From NCBI GenBank assembly GCA_041589175.1, contig JBFHWF010000003.1, positions 6,846 to 70,845 on the forward strand: a stretch of DNA of 64,000 nucleotides. The letters are read 5' to 3'. The DNA is from Gammaproteobacteria bacterium (lineage in GTDB: Bacteria > Pseudomonadota > Gammaproteobacteria > SZUA-229). The notes beneath the pieces were generated by a model. That model saw only the letters and a program-made list of their open reading frames with translations. It was not told the origin of the DNA and ran no database searches. Made by a program: the position numbers and the translations under genes. Shown here one piece after another: positions 30,678 to 41,355 of this stretch (position 1 is its first letter; each line of letters begins with the position of its first letter).

Positions 30678-31063
30678 TTTAGCCCCATTTTTCGAAGTGC
30701 CATGACCATGGGGCAAATGCCAGTGACACCGGCAAGTAACAGCATGAGTGCAACAAACCATGGAAAAAACCAGAACAGGTTTTCGGTTTGATGCAGTACG
30801 CCGAGCAGGATCATTAGCATCACGATCCAGCGTAGCATGCGCTCAGCGTCATAGTTGAATAAGTAGTGAGAGTTCTCGCCCTCGGTAACACGAATCATGT
30901 TGTCGGGGTACAGAGCTCGGGTAATGAGTATAGGGACGCGCCAGTTAGTGAGTCCTTCGAAAGTCATGAGGACGAGTAAGCCCCACACGGCGTAGTCAAA
31001 CCTGAAGAACAGGAATACCAGCATTAGAAGCCCGATATACAGGCGGTAAGCTCTTTCCGTCAT
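30674..31063 (-). CDS. Hypothetical small integral membrane protein (about 4 TM), coupled to the histidine kinase
   Basis: Hydrophobic ORF 'LYIGLLMLVFLFF...WIVMLMILLGVLH...WFVALMLLLAGVTG'. Its stop overlaps the kinase start. Confidence 0.45.
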   Translation of the reverse strand: MTERAYRLYIGLLMLVFLFFRFDYAVWGLLVLMTFEGLTNWRVPILITRALYPDNMIRVTEGENSHYLFNYDAERMLRWIVMLMILLGVLHQTENLFWFFPWFVALMLLLAGVTGICPMVMALRKMGLK

Positions 31064-31251
31064 TGCGCTGATTCTTGTTATTGTTAATTCTTGTAGCCTG
31101 AGCCTTCAAGCCGTGGCCATACCCGAGGGATATGTCGGGAGATGAAGGAACCTTGCTAAATCTTTGCCCACATACTAACTAATGGACTGTGCTGTATTAT
31201 ATTTTTAGCGGGTGAAGACAATTGCCTTCACCCGTGCACGTTACTGAAGCG

Positions 31252-31968
31252 TTATGACTTCTTAATTTCCAGTAATTCAATTTCGAATATCAGAACCTGG
31301 TTGGGTCCAATATCCGCACCTGCGCCACGTTCACCATAGGCGAGTTCCGATGGAATAAACAGCTTCCATTTTGCGCCTACTTTCATCATCTGCAGCGCTT
31401 CCGTCCAGCCTTTGATGACGCCATTAACCGGGAAAGTTGCCGGTGAATTACGCTTGTATGAGCTGTCGAATACCTTGCCGTCAAGCAGTGTCCCAGTGTA
31501 ATGGGTGACAACGGTATCTGTTGCAGCAGGCGTGTCACCTGAGCCGGCTTCAATGATTATGTATTGTAGTCCACTTTCCGTGGTTTTTACGCCGTCTTTA
31601 GATTTGTTGTCGGCGAGGAATTTTTCCCCTTCAGCTGCATTCTTACTGGAAAGTTCCTGATGTTTCGCCTGTTGCTTTTCCATCATGTTTTTCTGGAAAG
31701 CCTGCATCGTGGTCTGCATATCTTCACGGCTTAGCTGGGGCTCCTTGCCCGCAATGCTGTCCTGCAGGCCGAGGATGAGGGCGTCCTGATCAATCATTTC
31801 CTTGATGGGTGCAATCTGCGATCCCATCTGGGTACCAATGGTGTAGCTGGCCTTGTTCATTTCGGTATCGAGTTTGATGGGCTCAGCCGTGCTGCTTTGC
31901 TGGTTGCATCCGTTCAATAGCCCCGCCATGCCTATCGCGAGTGCTGCTTTGCTAAGTTGTTTGTACAT
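31252..31968 (-). CDS. FKBP-type peptidyl-prolyl cis-trans isomerase (FkpA/Mip-like, probably exported)
   Basis: Signal/lipobox-like N-terminus, helical dimerisation domain, and FKBP domain 'VVTHYTGTLLDGKVFDSS...LIFEIELLEI'. Confidence 0.85.
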   Translation of the reverse strand: MYKQLSKAALAIGMAGLLNGCNQQSSTAEPIKLDTEMNKASYTIGTQMGSQIAPIKEMIDQDALILGLQDSIAGKEPQLSREDMQTTMQAFQKNMMEKQQAKHQELSSKNAAEGEKFLADNKSKDGVKTTESGLQYIIIEAGSGDTPAATDTVVTHYTGTLLDGKVFDSSYKRNSPATFPVNGVIKGWTEALQMMKVGAKWKLFIPSELAYGERGAGADIGPNQVLIFEIELLEIKKS

Positions 31969-32096
31969 TATCTGCCCTTGAAATCTGGAATCAAAGACGC
32001 ACGTTATCAGTAGCCCCGCTCAGGTTCAAGTCGTAGCACGAAGAACTTTTCTGAAGGCCACGGGTCTGTGAAGTGTTTTGAAATGAAAGGAGAAAT

Positions 32097-33455
32097 TTGA
32101 TGGCACGTCTATGGCTGATATTGCTGGTATTGAGTACAGCGATGCCTGTACATGGCGCCCTTCCCCAGGAGGTCGATGGTAAGCCACTGCCCACGCTGGC
32201 CCCTATGATACAGAAGGTGGCCCCCGCCGTTGTGAATATTTCAACGCGTAGCCGCATCAACCGGCAACAGCACCCGCTGTTGAGTGATCCCTTTTTCAGG
32301 CATTTCTTCCGTCAGCATGATGAGAGGCCATCACGTACTCGCCCTAGCAGCCTGGGCTCCGGCGTCGTGATTGACGCTGAAAAAGGTCTGGTCATTACCA
32401 ATCATCATGTCGTCGGGCGTGCTGACGAGATCACCGTTACGCTCAGGGACGGGCGAGAGCTAAGAGCAGAGCTGCTGGGTAAAGATCCTGAGGCCGATGT
32501 TGCACTATTGCAGGTGCCAGCGGTTGCGTTAACAGAAATTCGAATTGCAGACTCCGATCAGCTGCAGGTGGGTGATTTTGTTGTGGCCATTGGTAATCCC
32601 TTTGGTCTTGGGCAGACGGTGACGTCTGGCATTGTGAGTGCCGTCGGCAGAAGTGGCTTAGGTATAGAGGGGTATGAAGACTTTATCCAGACGGATGCCT
32701 CGATTAACCCGGGAAATTCCGGTGGTGCACTGGTTAACCTGCGTGGTGAGCTGGTTGGAATGAATACGGCCATTCTGGCACCCGGAGGGAGTGGTGGAAA
32801 TGTGGGTATCGGCTTTGCGATTCCCTCGAACATGGTGATGCAGATTGTGGCGCATCTGGAAGATCATGGTGAAGTACGGCGAGGTGTGCTTGGGGTGGTT
32901 ACCCAGGATCTCACGCCGGATCTGGCGCAGGCCTTTGGTATTACAAGCCGTCATGGTGCTGTGATTGCCCGTGTGTTTGCCGATTCAGCAGCTGCCCGTG
33001 CAGGCCTTCAGGCGGGTGACGTGGTGGTCGAAATTAATGGTCGGAAGGTGAAGAACTCAGCCGATATGCGTAATCGCGTCGGTTTACTGAAAATTGGCGA
33101 TGAGCTCAGGATACGTCTGCTGAGGGACGGTAAGAAAGTGTCAGTTACCGCAAAAATCGCGCAGCCAGAACTCACATCTATCGGTGGAGAGAAGCTTAAT
33201 CCCAGGCTGGCGGGTGCAGTGCTGGCACAGGTGCAGGAGCCGGATAATCCGGAGCAGACTCTGATTGTTGTGGCTGAGGTGGCGCAGGGTAGTCCGGCCT
33301 GGTATGCGCGACTGCAGAAAGGTGATGTGATTATTTCTGTTAATCGACAGGCGGTTAGTAGTCTCAAGCAGCTTAAATCTCGAGTGGCATCACAGCGTCA
33401 GCTGCTGCTGAGTATCCAGCGCGGTAACCGGGCGATGTTTCTGTTACTCAAGTAG
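32097..33455 (+). CDS. Periplasmic serine endoprotease DegP/MucD family (two PDZ domains)
   Basis: Catalytic 'TNHHVV', 'DVALLQV', 'GNSGGALVN', plus two PDZ segments. 452 aa. Confidence 0.9.
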   Translation: MMARLWLILLVLSTAMPVHGALPQEVDGKPLPTLAPMIQKVAPAVVNISTRSRINRQQHPLLSDPFFRHFFRQHDERPSRTRPSSLGSGVVIDAEKGLVITNHHVVGRADEITVTLRDGRELRAELLGKDPEADVALLQVPAVALTEIRIADSDQLQVGDFVVAIGNPFGLGQTVTSGIVSAVGRSGLGIEGYEDFIQTDASINPGNSGGALVNLRGELVGMNTAILAPGGSGGNVGIGFAIPSNMVMQIVAHLEDHGEVRRGVLGVVTQDLTPDLAQAFGITSRHGAVIARVFADSAAARAGLQAGDVVVEINGRKVKNSADMRNRVGLLKIGDELRIRLLRDGKKVSVTAKIAQPELTSIGGEKLNPRLAGAVLAQVQEPDNPEQTLIVVAEVAQGSPAWYARLQKGDVIISVNRQAVSSLKQLKSRVASQRQLLLSIQRGNRAMFLLLK

Positions 33456-33483
33456 CGTGAAGCTGGCAGGTCAATATGCTGAC

Positions 33484-33921
33484 CTAGTAGCCCGGTGTAT
33501 TTTTGTCGACCCAGCGATGGCCTTCCTCAAGGCCTTCCTTCTTCCAGAAGGGGGCCCGGGATTTAAGTTCTTCCATCAGGTAGCGACAGGCTTCAAAGGC
33601 CGCCTTGCGATGTGCTGACCAGGCTACGGTGAGGACAATTGGCTCGTTGGGTTCGATCTTGCCTACGCGGTGAAGAATCAGACAGTCGAGCAGCTCCCAG
33701 CGTTCGATGGCTTCGGTGCAGATCTTTTCCAGGTGTTGTTCAGTCATTCCCGGGTAGTGTTCCAGTGTCATGGAAGTGACATTATCACCCTGATTAAAGT
33801 CGCGCATCGTTCCCACGAAGCTGGCGGTGGCGCCATACTTGCCGGCTTCCAGGCGGGTTGTCTGGTAGCTCTGAGTTTCGTGCCAGGGGTCAAAGGGCGT
33901 AGTGCGTATCTCAGCTGGCAT
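33484..33921 (-). CDS. moaE: Molybdopterin synthase catalytic subunit
   Basis: 'EHYPGMTE...LHRVGKIEPNEPIVLTVAWSAHRKAAFEACRYLMEELKSRAPFWKKE' matches MoaE. Start placed at 'MPAEIRT'. Confidence 0.85.
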   Translation of the reverse strand: MPAEIRTTPFDPWHETQSYQTTRLEAGKYGATASFVGTMRDFNQGDNVTSMTLEHYPGMTEQHLEKICTEAIERWELLDCLILHRVGKIEPNEPIVLTVAWSAHRKAAFEACRYLMEELKSRAPFWKKEGLEEGHRWVDKNTPGY

Positions 33922-34150
33922 GACTACCTCCGGTAACCGGTGGAAAAAAGGCAACTTCGTTGCCATCAGCAACAGGGGCCTGTGGATCGACATACTCCAT
34001 GTTGACCGCGCACAGGGTGTTTGAGGGCATCGCCATACCATTGGTGGCCTGTTCCCAGCAGTCCTGAACCGTGCTGGCAGAATCCAGCTGGATTTCGTCT
34101 TTTCCTACCTGCTCTCGCAGGCGAGCGAAAAACTTAACGTGAATGCTCAT
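33911..34150 (-). CDS. moaD: Molybdopterin synthase sulfur-carrier subunit
   Basis: 79 aa ending in '...FFPPVTGG' (C-terminal Gly-Gly). Overlaps the moaE start. Confidence 0.8.
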   Translation of the reverse strand: MSIHVKFFARLREQVGKDEIQLDSASTVQDCWEQATNGMAMPSNTLCAVNMEYVDPQAPVADGNEVAFFPPVTGGSHAS

Positions 34151-34211
34151 TCTAAAATTCCTGGCCTTTTGTTACGCTACAGGCCCGTCAATAGAGATAC
34201 AGGCACTGATT

Positions 34212-34694
34212 ATGACTGACAAGTTAACCCATTTTAACGCATCGGGCGAAGCACATATGGTGGATGTAGGTGATAAGAGTATCACACGCCGCCGCGCCGT
34301 GGCGGAGGGCGAGATTATCATGTTGCCGGAAACACTGGAACTCATCCAGCAGGGTAACCATAAGAAAGGCGATGTGCTGGGCATTGCACGGGTTGCGGGA
34401 ATTATGGCGGCCAAGAAGACGTCAGACCTGATTCCCCTCTGCCATCCACTGGCACTGACCCATGTGGATATCCAGCTGGAGCCGGATGCGGCGCTACCCG
34501 GGGTACGCTGTGAAGTCACTGTGGAGTGCAAGGGCAATACCGGTGTGGAAATGGAGGCTCTGACAGCGGTACAGGTTAGCTTACTGACGATTTATGACAT
34601 GTGTAAGGCCGTGGACAGAGGTATGCATATGGAGCGGGTGGGCCTATTGCACAAGTCCGGTGGCAAGTCGGGGAACTGGTCGAAGCGTGACTGA
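34212..34694 (+). CDS. moaC: Cyclic pyranopterin monophosphate synthase
   Basis: '[25 protein letters not shown]...LIPLCHPL...[20 protein letters not shown]' matches MoaC. Start placed at 'MTDKLTHF'. Divergent from moaD/moaE. Confidence 0.9.
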   Translation: MTDKLTHFNASGEAHMVDVGDKSITRRRAVAEGEIIMLPETLELIQQGNHKKGDVLGIARVAGIMAAKKTSDLIPLCHPLALTHVDIQLEPDAALPGVRCEVTVECKGNTGVEMEALTAVQVSLLTIYDMCKAVDRGMHMERVGLLHKSGGKSGNWSKRD

Positions 34695-34844
34695 TGGTGA
34701 AGTGTAGGTGTTCGGGGTGTTTTTATGAATTACCGTCAGAGCTATCAATAAAGGAATAAACTGATTTTCTGCTGCGTCCTGTGTAGAGGCGTGTGAAATC
34801 ACGCTGCATTGACTAATGCGTTAATGACTCAGAGGAGCAGGAAC

Positions 34845-35807
34845 ATGCTTAAAAAAATACGACTAATGGTGCTGCTGGCGCTGTTAGTGTCACATCTGCA
34901 GGTTTCCTATGCCTCAGACAAGGACGCAGGGCATACTCATGACTATCGGAGCTTCCACGCTAACGGTCATATCGACTATGGCAAGATTTCAGACTCGTAC
35001 AGCGCGGATCTTGTCATGTACCTGGCGGGTAATCAGTTTATGGTGATGCGGGAGCTCATTCAGGATTTCCTCTCCAGGCATCCGGATATAAACACGGTGT
35101 ATGTCGAAACCATACCGCCGGGGCAGATACTTAAAGGGCAGATTCTCAAGCAGGGCAAAATTAATGGTGAAAAAACCGCACGTAACCCGGATCTGTATGC
35201 CAGTGTAAATCTGGGGCATTTGCAGAAGCTTAAGAAAAACAAGCTGATGCAGGATTACATGGTGTATACCCATAACAAGCTGGAGTTAATGGTCGCAAAG
35301 GGGAATCCGAAGAATATTCGCGGTGCTAATGATCTCGCTCGAGACGACCTGGTTCAGTCACATCCCAACCCGCTCACAGAGGGAATATTCAAGTTCTACG
35401 GTAGCGACATGCTGAAAGAGCTCGGTCTGTATGACAAGGTAACCAATGGGAAAAAATGCAAGGCTTGCTGGGCAGTAGAAGGCAAAACATGGTTTACCGA
35501 GCGTCACCACCGTGAGACACCACATCGCATCGAGAACAATTTGGCGGATGTGGGGATTGTCTGGACGACGGAGGTGAAACACGCGCAGGCAGAAAACCGG
35601 CAGGTGGAAGGCGTGAGTATCGCCCCACCATTTAATATGTCACATCGTGTAGGTTATGCTATTGGTAAGCTGTCGACCGGGCGCAATGCAAAAAATTCAG
35701 ATGCCTACATGGCCTACCTGGCGAGCGAGGCGGCACAGGATATTTATGCACGATACGGTTTTGTAAAAGCCAGTGCGGATGAGCTGAAGATTCGCCCGAT
35801 TCCATAG
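34845..35807 (+). CDS. Exported periplasmic binding-protein-like protein (type-II PBP fold; possibly an oxyanion/molybdate-family binder). Orphan, with no adjacent ABC permease or ATPase.
   Basis: Signal peptide 'MLKKIRLMVLLALLVSHLQVSYA', 'LVMYLAGNQFMVMREL', and two-lobe size. The ligand assignment rests only on proximity to the moa genes. Confidence 0.45.
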   Translation: MLKKIRLMVLLALLVSHLQVSYASDKDAGHTHDYRSFHANGHIDYGKISDSYSADLVMYLAGNQFMVMRELIQDFLSRHPDINTVYVETIPPGQILKGQILKQGKINGEKTARNPDLYASVNLGHLQKLKKNKLMQDYMVYTHNKLELMVAKGNPKNIRGANDLARDDLVQSHPNPLTEGIFKFYGSDMLKELGLYDKVTNGKKCKACWAVEGKTWFTERHHRETPHRIENNLADVGIVWTTEVKHAQAENRQVEGVSIAPPFNMSHRVGYAIGKLSTGRNAKNSDAYMAYLASEAAQDIYARYGFVKASADELKIRPIP

Positions 35808-35831
35808 GCAGGCTAGCCATGCTTGATGTGT

Positions 35832-35852
35832 GGGCTTGCTCATTGCAAGCCC
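35832..35852. terminator. Bidirectional hairpin between convergent genes
   Basis: GGGCTTGC-TCATT-GCAAGCCC forms a perfect 8-bp stem. Confidence 0.5.
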
Positions 35853-35875
35853 AAACTAGAAGGGCTGTTGTTGCG

Positions 35876-36937
35876 CTACCCTCTGGCAAGCAACTGTCGC
35901 AGGTCGATAACAGCCGCATTGGCACGAGAAATATAATTTGCCATGACCAGTGAGTGATTGGCAAACATACCAAAGCCGCCACCATTAAGGATGACAGGGC
36001 TCCAGACCGTTTCCTGTGTGGCCTCCAGTTCACGAATAATCTGTTGCAGGCTGACGCGTGCGTTTTTCTTTTTCAATACTTCGGCAAAATCAGTTTCCAC
36101 GGCTTTGAGCAGATGGCGTAATGCCCAGGCACTGCCACGGGCTTCATAAAAAACATCGTCGATCTGTAACCACGGCGTTTTAACCTGTAGCTGTTGCTGT
36201 GCCGGTGTGGATTGCATGGCATCAGGATCACCGGCCAGATCGGTGTTCAGGCGCTCCTGTCCAACGCTGGCACTGAGACGTTGCGACAGACTCCCCAGTC
36301 GTTTGGAGACCAGCCCAAGCCATTCATTAAGATTATCTGCGCGGGCATAAAACTGTGCGTCCTGATCGTTATCGTCGGTGATGCGTTGCAAGTAGCTATA
36401 CAGGGCTTTAATGGCTTTACGGTATTCAGACTCGGCGGCAGGAAGCATCCAGGATTCTGAATCGATACGTAGCTGGTTTTCGGCAGCCACCATGTCTTTG
36501 TCTTCGATCGACTGTGACTGTGAACGGGTAAAGTCATTGCGCATCACCAGTGCCATGTCACGAATTTGTGATAGCACACCAAACTCCCAGTTGGGGATGT
36601 TGTCCATAAAGATGCCGGGGGGCGTCATGTCATTCGACAGGTAACCGCCAGGTTTATCGAGAATGCTCTCGGCGGTGATAATCAGGGTAGCTGTGGTGAG
36701 GTAGCCTGTGGACATGGTTTCGCCACGCTGGCTGGATAATGCGTGGGCCGATTCGAGTGGCTCAAATGAATCTATCTCATTATTCCAGTAAAAACCCAGT
36801 GCCAGTTGCACTAGAATGAAAAGCAGTATGAGTGGTGTCGCAATTTTAGTGATTTTACTGCTGTTTGCAGAACTGGATGCACCCGGCAGGCGTCGCAGGT
36901 TATCATAGGCATCGAATACATGATCGAGTAGTTTCAT
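35876..36937 (-). CDS. DUF2333-like membrane-anchored protein (353 aa)
   Basis: N-terminal TM helix 'IATPLILLFILVQLALGFYW' followed by a soluble domain. Neighbours asmA and mutY, as this family usually does. Family name recalled from memory, not verified. Confidence 0.4.
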   Translation of the reverse strand: MKLLDHVFDAYDNLRRLPGASSSANSSKITKIATPLILLFILVQLALGFYWNNEIDSFEPLESAHALSSQRGETMSTGYLTTATLIITAESILDKPGGYLSNDMTPPGIFMDNIPNWEFGVLSQIRDMALVMRNDFTRSQSQSIEDKDMVAAENQLRIDSESWMLPAAESEYRKAIKALYSYLQRITDDNDQDAQFYARADNLNEWLGLVSKRLGSLSQRLSASVGQERLNTDLAGDPDAMQSTPAQQQLQVKTPWLQIDDVFYEARGSAWALRHLLKAVETDFAEVLKKKNARVSLQQIIRELEATQETVWSPVILNGGGFGMFANHSLVMANYISRANAAVIDLRQLLARG

Positions 36938-37043
36938 ATCAGTCCCTGGGTCTTTGTGATTGTAGCTTGTCGCTGGTTCGACCTGGCGTTAGCAGATTCT
37001 GGGTTAAACGTAATTAACCATTGTAGCTGTTCGGAGAACAGAA

Positions 37044-39283
37044 TGAAATTTCTTAAAATTGGTTTACTTGGTATCGGTGCATTTGCTCTGGTCCTGCTGA
37101 TGTCTCTGGTGATATTTGCAGTGACGTTTGATGCAAACGATTATCGTCCGCAGATTCAGGCCCAGGTGGAGAAGGCGACAGGTCGCACATTTGAGGTGGC
37201 AGATATCAAGCCTTCAATTTTTCCCTGGGTTGGTATCGAACTACAACAGCTATCTCTTGGGAATGCCAGAGGTTTTACAAACACACAGATGGTTTCTATC
37301 GAGAAACTGGATGTAAAAATAGAAATGCTGCCGCTCATTAAGCAGTCGATTCATATCGATACCTTGCGTGTTCATGGCATGACATTAAACCTGGGTAAAA
37401 ATGCACAGGGCATCAGTAACTGGGCGGATATGCTGGAGCCGTCTTCACAGGAAACTGAAGATCGTGCAAATCAGGAAGCACCGACTGAGCCAGGCAGAAG
37501 TGATGATGAGCCTGGGTTTGACCCGCTTGCCGCATTGCTGGTAAATGGAATTGAAATACGAGATGCCAGTATACAATGGCATGATCAGCAGGCGGGGCAG
37601 AAAGTACAGGTTGCGCCGCTGAATTTTGAAACTGGAGCCATTCAGCTCGATACCCCGGTACCGCTTAAGCTGACCGCGTTCATTGAATCCAGTGCTCCCG
37701 AGGCGAAAGCCGAAGTCCAGCTGGATACGAATCTTAAAATACAGGCAGGTATGCAACAGCTAAGTCTGCAAAACCTGAAGCTTCAGCTCGATGCGAACAG
37801 TGGCTTGGTACCCGGTGGTGCAGCGCAGTTAGTCTTTGAGGCATCGGCCAGTGTTGATATGCAGAACAAGCTTGTTACGCTGCCAAATTACACATTGAAA
37901 ACATTCGGCCTGAACATGCAGGGCAATGCAACGCTTAGCGATTTTGCAAACCCTTCAGGGCAGCTGGAAATACAGCCATTTAATGCTCGTCAGCTGGCAC
38001 AGAAGCTGGGTATCGTATTGCCGCCAATGCAATCCGCAACGGCGTTACAGACAGCAGCGATTAAGCTGGACTTTGCAATGACGCCAGCGGCGCTGGCTAT
38101 TCATCCGCTAGCGATCAAACTGGATGCGTCGACCCTGACAGGGCGCGTTGATATCAAACCCTTATCCCCGGCAGGTATTCGCTATGATCTGAAGATGGAT
38201 CAGATCACACTGGACGATTACATGCCGCCGGCTGTTGAGGCGGAAACGACAGACTCTGCACCGGCTGCCAATATCGAGTCCACACAGTCTGCTGGTGCAG
38301 CTGAACAGGATATTGCAATTGAATTACCGGTTGAGCTTATTCGGAGCCTGAATGTTGCGGGTCAGCTAAACATCGGTTCGATTCAGCTAAAGGGGCAGTC
38401 GTTAAGTCAGTTTGTCATGCAGACGAAAGTTAGCGACGGAGTCGTCAATATATCTGAACTCACTGCGCAGCTGCTGGAGGGGCATTTGCAGAGTCAGCTA
38501 CGCGCAGATGTGCGACAGGAAATACCAAAATATACGGTTAGCCTGCAGGCAAAAGGCCTGAGGGCAGATTCACTGGTGACGCCGATATTACAGGAGCTGA
38601 GTGGTGAAGAAGCGGTAACCTTGCGCGGGGCAACGGATTTTGATGCGTCGATTAACACCAGGGGCGTCATGTTAAAACAGTTAAAAGCCAATACGAATGG
38701 AGAGCTGAAGCTGAACGTGGGTAAGGCAGAAATTACCGGGGTCGATGCGGAGTACTTTGTGCGTAAGGCGGTGGCAGGCTATCTGGAAGGTAAAGGGCAG
38801 GATGCAACACTGCTGCGCAGTGCCTACCAGCCAAAGGAAACGACGGCGCTTCGTGTGGCACGTGCTTCGGCACAGATTCGTCAGGGTGTGGTCACTAACA
38901 ATGACCTGTTGTTAGAGGCATCTCGATTTAAAGTGAGTGGTGCAGGTACGGTTGTGTTACACGAAGAAACCATCGATTACCGAATGATCGTCGACCTTAA
39001 CCCCGCATCTACAAATACTTCGGTGGAGAAGTTGCTGGATGTTCCCGTTCCGGTAAAAATCAGAGGTCGTTTTAATCAGCCAGACATCGGAATTGATAAG
39101 GGCGACTGGCTGAAGAATATTGCTCGGGCTAGCACCGCTCAGAAAACACAGGAAATCAAACAGCAGGCCGAGCAGAAAGTCGAACAGAAAGTTGAGCAGA
39201 AAAAGTCTGAGATAGATCAGAAAGTGGAAGAGAAAAAAGAAGAGCTCAAGGAAAAACTCTTCAAAGGACTGTTTGGGCGTTAG
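37044..39283 (+). CDS. asmA: AsmA family outer-membrane assembly protein
   Basis: 'MKFLKIGLLGIGAFALVLLMSLVIFAVTFDANDYRPQIQAQVEKATGR' is the typical AsmA N-terminus, followed by a long beta-rich body. Start placed at that Met inside the longer track ORF. Confidence 0.8.
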
Positions 39284-40350
39284 TGATGGTGGTCGATGTT
39301 TCTGCGGCTATTTTAGGCTGGTACGACAAACAGGGTCGTAAAGACTTGCCCTGGCAACACCCGCGCACTGCGTATCGTGTATGGGTGTCTGAAATCATGT
39401 TGCAGCAGACCCAGGTGAAAACGGTGATTCCGTATTTCGAACGCTTTATGCAACGCTTTGAAAGCATCGACATGCTGGCCAGTGCCGAAGATGATGAGGT
39501 CATGCATTACTGGTCGGGGCTGGGTTATTACGCCAGGGCCAGAAATCTGCACCGTGCTGCCAGGGTGATTCGGGATGAATACGGAGGCAAGTTTCCCACT
39601 GAGTTCGATGATGTTCTTGCCTTACCGGGTATCGGTCGCTCGACCGCCGGTGCAATTCTTGCGCAGGCGATGGGCCAGCGACATGCCATTCTGGATGGCA
39701 ACGTCAAACGGGTACTGGCGCGTTTTCATGGCGTACATGGCTGGACAGGGCAGCAGACGGTACAGAAGCAGCTATGGCAGTATGCCGAGGCACATACGCC
39801 GAGTCATCGGCTGGCGGATTACACGCAGGGTATTATGGATCTTGGAGCCACTGTCTGTCGACGCGGTAAACCTGACTGTGAGTCATGTCCGTTGCAGGTC
39901 GACTGCGTCGCGTTTGCGACAGACCAGGTGGCCCTGTTACCAACACCAAAGCCCAGAAAAGACCTGCCCGTACGCAGGGTGCGTATGTTGTTGTTGCACC
40001 ATAAGGCGCAGGTGTTGCTTGAGAAACGACCGCCCAGCGGTATCTGGGGTGGGCTATGGAGCCTTCCCGAGATGGATCTGGAGGATCCTGTCGATGACTG
40101 GTGTCAGCAGCAGTTACAGCTTCCTGTGGGGGCGTTCAGCGAGCAGCCGGTCATGCGTCATACCTTCAGTCATTTTCATCTGGATATCACGCCCTGTCTG
40201 GTTGAGGTCAAAAACCCCAGTCAATGTGTGATGGAAGCCGAGCGCAGAGTCTGGTATAAAGCGAGCCATAATGATCAGTCACAGCAGGCCCTCGGCCTGG
40301 CCGCGCCGGTCAATACACTGATTAACCGATTTATCGAGGAGAAGCCATGA
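39283..40350 (+). CDS. mutY: A/G-specific adenine DNA glycosylase
   Basis: '[16 protein letters not shown]', HhH-GPD '[13 protein letters not shown]', 4Fe-4S cluster '[17 protein letters not shown]', and C-terminal Nudix-like domain. Confidence 0.9.
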   Translation: MMVVDVSAAILGWYDKQGRKDLPWQHPRTAYRVWVSEIMLQQTQVKTVIPYFERFMQRFESIDMLASAEDDEVMHYWSGLGYYARARNLHRAARVIRDEYGGKFPTEFDDVLALPGIGRSTAGAILAQAMGQRHAILDGNVKRVLARFHGVHGWTGQQTVQKQLWQYAEAHTPSHRLADYTQGIMDLGATVCRRGKPDCESCPLQVDCVAFATDQVALLPTPKPRKDLPVRRVRMLLLHHKAQVLLEKRPPSGIWGGLWSLPEMDLEDPVDDWCQQQLQLPVGAFSEQPVMRHTFSHFHLDITPCLVEVKNPSQCVMEAERRVWYKASHNDQSQQALGLAAPVNTLINRFIEEKP

Positions 40351-40622
40351 GTCGTATGGTGCAATGCGTCAAACTGGGACGCGAAGCAGAAGGTCTTGAA
40401 CGCCCAACCTATCCGGGCGAGCTGGGGCAGCGTATCTACAACAGTGTTTCCAAGGAAGCCTGGGCCGAGTGGCTCAAGCACCAGACCATGCTGATCAATG
40501 AGTATCGCCTGACACCGGTAGAGCCTAAGGCGCGTAAGTTCCTGGAAGAGCAGATGGAAAAATTCTTCTTCAGTGAAGAAGGCAGTGAAGCACCGAAAGA
40601 GTTTGTGCCTCCCTCAAGCTAA
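40347..40622 (+). CDS. yggX: Fe(2+)-trafficking / oxidative-damage protection protein
   Basis: '[55 protein letters not shown]' matches YggX. 4-nt overlap with mutY. Confidence 0.9.
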   Translation: MSRMVQCVKLGREAEGLERPTYPGELGQRIYNSVSKEAWAEWLKHQTMLINEYRLTPVEPKARKFLEEQMEKFFFSEEGSEAPKEFVPPSS

Positions 40623-40702
40623 GCGTATTGACTCCATAACGAGTCATTTAGAGTCATTTAAACGCCTTTTCGACGAAAATTCGTCTTGATAGTGAATAGG
40701 GC

Positions 40703-40731
40703 TTGACTCTCTCTGCATGAACGGCTTTAAT
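40703..40731 (+). promoter_or_regulatory. Candidate sigma-70 promoter for tRNA-Phe
   Basis: Read directly: TTGACT-17 nt-TTTAAT, followed by a GC-rich discriminator 'ACGCGCTCC', typical of stable-RNA promoters. About 65-nt leader to the tRNA 5' end. Confidence 0.4.
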
Positions 40732-40804
40732 ACGCGCTCCCTGATTCAGGCATTCGTCTTCAGGGAAGCGTGATACCCACATGCACTTCAATAAGTGACA
40801 CAAG

Positions 40805-41330
<526 letters not shown>

Positions 41331-41355
41331 AGGGCTTTGCTATATATAAGGGTAT

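Noticed and set aside
39120-39283. Repetitive 'QKVEQKVEQKKSEIDQKVEEKKEELKEK' at the AsmA C-terminus
   Set aside because: Low-complexity charged coiled-coil tail of the protein. Not a DNA-level repeat element or CRISPR-like array.
40641-40685. 10-bp tandem duplication (GAGTCATTTA x2) and a small hairpin (GACGA-AAAT-TCGTC) downstream of yggX
   Set aside because: Too short and weak to call a terminator or repeat family. Noted only as a local duplication.
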